A stretch of DNA of 64,000 nt from Dicyema japonicum (taxonomy: Eukaryota > Animalia > Dicyemida). The notes below the pieces were generated by a model, which did no database searches, was not told the DNA's origin, and saw nothing but the letters and a program-made list of their open reading frames with translations. The stretch is taken from NCBI GenBank assembly GCA_011109175.1, contig RDEW01000006.1, positions 252,920-316,919 of the forward strand. Reading direction: 5' to 3'. How positions within the stretch are numbered: the stretch's first letter is position 1; each line of letters opens with the position of its first letter. The position numbers and the translations under genes are program-made. Positions 62,546-64,000 of the stretch are shown in pieces.

Positions 62546-63281
62546 TCTGGAGTACAAATATTTACATAATCTTCATTCGTCTCACGATTTTCAGTCATGA
62601 ACAGATGTTCCCACCAATCACAGAAGGCATTATATCTTTTTTATTCAAGTTATAGTTCTGATGCTCGTTCCGAAAATTTGTGCTAAGAATCTGTGAGAAT
62701 AGATTTTGTCGGCTCATTTATGGAACGCCTCTAGGATTTAAGTCAATGAAAAAATTTTTTTTTAAATAAAAAATAAAATTAAAATAATTAATCAATAACC
62801 TTACCACATAACCTTTTCTGACCAATCATCTCATACATTCAACTTCTCCAAGTTATTTCAATTTTGATCTGGACTGGATTCGAACTCTAATCCTTCGTAC
62901 TCCGGTATCACAAGATTGAGAACAAAATAAATCGTGTAATTAAATGATCCCGGTGTCTATTCCGGTCCATTCATTGCGGTTAGTTTTAAACTCCTGGAAT
63001 AATTTCCACAACGGGGAGGGTTTCTTCTTGTATCTTGTGCAGGCGTCCAGATATAGTTTGATTTTAGGTCAGAGAACATTGTCTCATTATTATTACCATA
63101 ATTTTTCAACAATCACTCGGCCAAGTATATTGTTGTAAAATTCTGAAATTTAATTATGCAATAAACTACGTAATAATGTAATAATAATTGTCGTATGTGA
63201 TAGCGTCCGGGCTGTTGATACTGTCCGGGTTGATAAGACAAATTTATCACTTGAAAACATTAACAACCACTAAGTTTTGCT

Positions 63282-64000
63282 TCGAAAGATCTGTCCCTTG
63301 TTCCCTCAAAATACAAAAAATTTTATTTTGAGTCAATAAAGCGATTAAGCAAAAAAAGGGTCGAAAATAGAAGAGGTCTAAGGATCGGTCCCTTGTTCAC
63401 TCAAAAAACAAAAAATTTTATTTTGAGTCAATAAAGCGATTAAACGAGAAAAGGGTCGAAAATAGAAGAGGTCAAAGGATCGGTCCCTTGTTCACTCGAA
63501 AAACAAAAAATTTTATTTTGAGTCAATAAAGCGATTAAACGAGAAAAGGGTCGAAAATAGAAGAGGTCGAAGGATCGGTCCCTTGTTCACTCAAAAAACA
63601 AAAAATTTTATTTTGAGTCAATAAAGCGATTAAGCAAAAAAAGGGTCGAAAATAGAAGAGGTCGAAGGATCGGTCCCTTGTTCACTCGAAAAACAAAAAA
63701 TTTTATTTTGAGTCAATAAAGCGATTAAACGAGAAAAGGGTCGAAAATAGAAGAGGTCGAAGGATCGGTCCCTTGTTCACTCAAAAAACAAAAAATTTTA
63801 TTTTGAGTCAATAAAGCGATTAAGCAAAAAAAGGGTCGAAAATAGAAGAGGTCGAAGGATCGGTCCCTTGTTCACTCAAAAAACAAAAAATTTTATTTTG
63901 AGTCAATAAAGCGATTAAGCAAAAAAAGGGTCGAAAATAGAAGAGGTCGAAGGATCGGTCCCTTGTTCACTCAAAAAACAAAAAATTTTATTTTGAGTCA
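63282..64000. repeat. 95-bp tandem satellite, at least 7.5 copies, continues past the window end
   Basis: a(g/a)gatc recurs at 63286, 63381, 63476, 63571, 63666, 63761, 63856 and 63951 (exact 95-bp period). Confidence 0.97.

Noticed and set aside
63282-64000. CRISPR array
   Set aside because: Whole units repeat with no unique spacers, there are no cas genes, and the context is eukaryotic.

Overview
AT-rich eukaryotic DNA that is mostly a transposon graveyard. It holds fragments of non-LTR retrotransposons (CRE-type and R4/Dong-type with restriction-like endonuclease, RTE-like, and jockey/I-like with AP endonuclease), plus Helitron, MULE, hAT and THAP remnants. A tRNA-derived SINE family is present, with target-site duplications and an empty/filled site pair. 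There is a ~1.3-kb segmental duplication and a 95-bp satellite running off the right end. The ORF track misses the host genes because they are split by 19-38-nt GT-AG introns. Removing these by hand gives an intact 196-aa proteasome beta-type subunit (48257-48971), the 5' part of a Mediator MED17 homolog (60321-60891), and two paralogous genes with LAMP-like luminal domains and a transmembrane helix (11364-12088, 13055-14324) that share intron positions. Animal-like MED17, ~20-25-nt introns, standard genetic code and strong divergence suggest a myxozoan-like parasitic cnidarian; this is inference, not verified. All family calls come from recognising motifs by eye; no database search was run, and boundaries of degenerate fragments are approximate.
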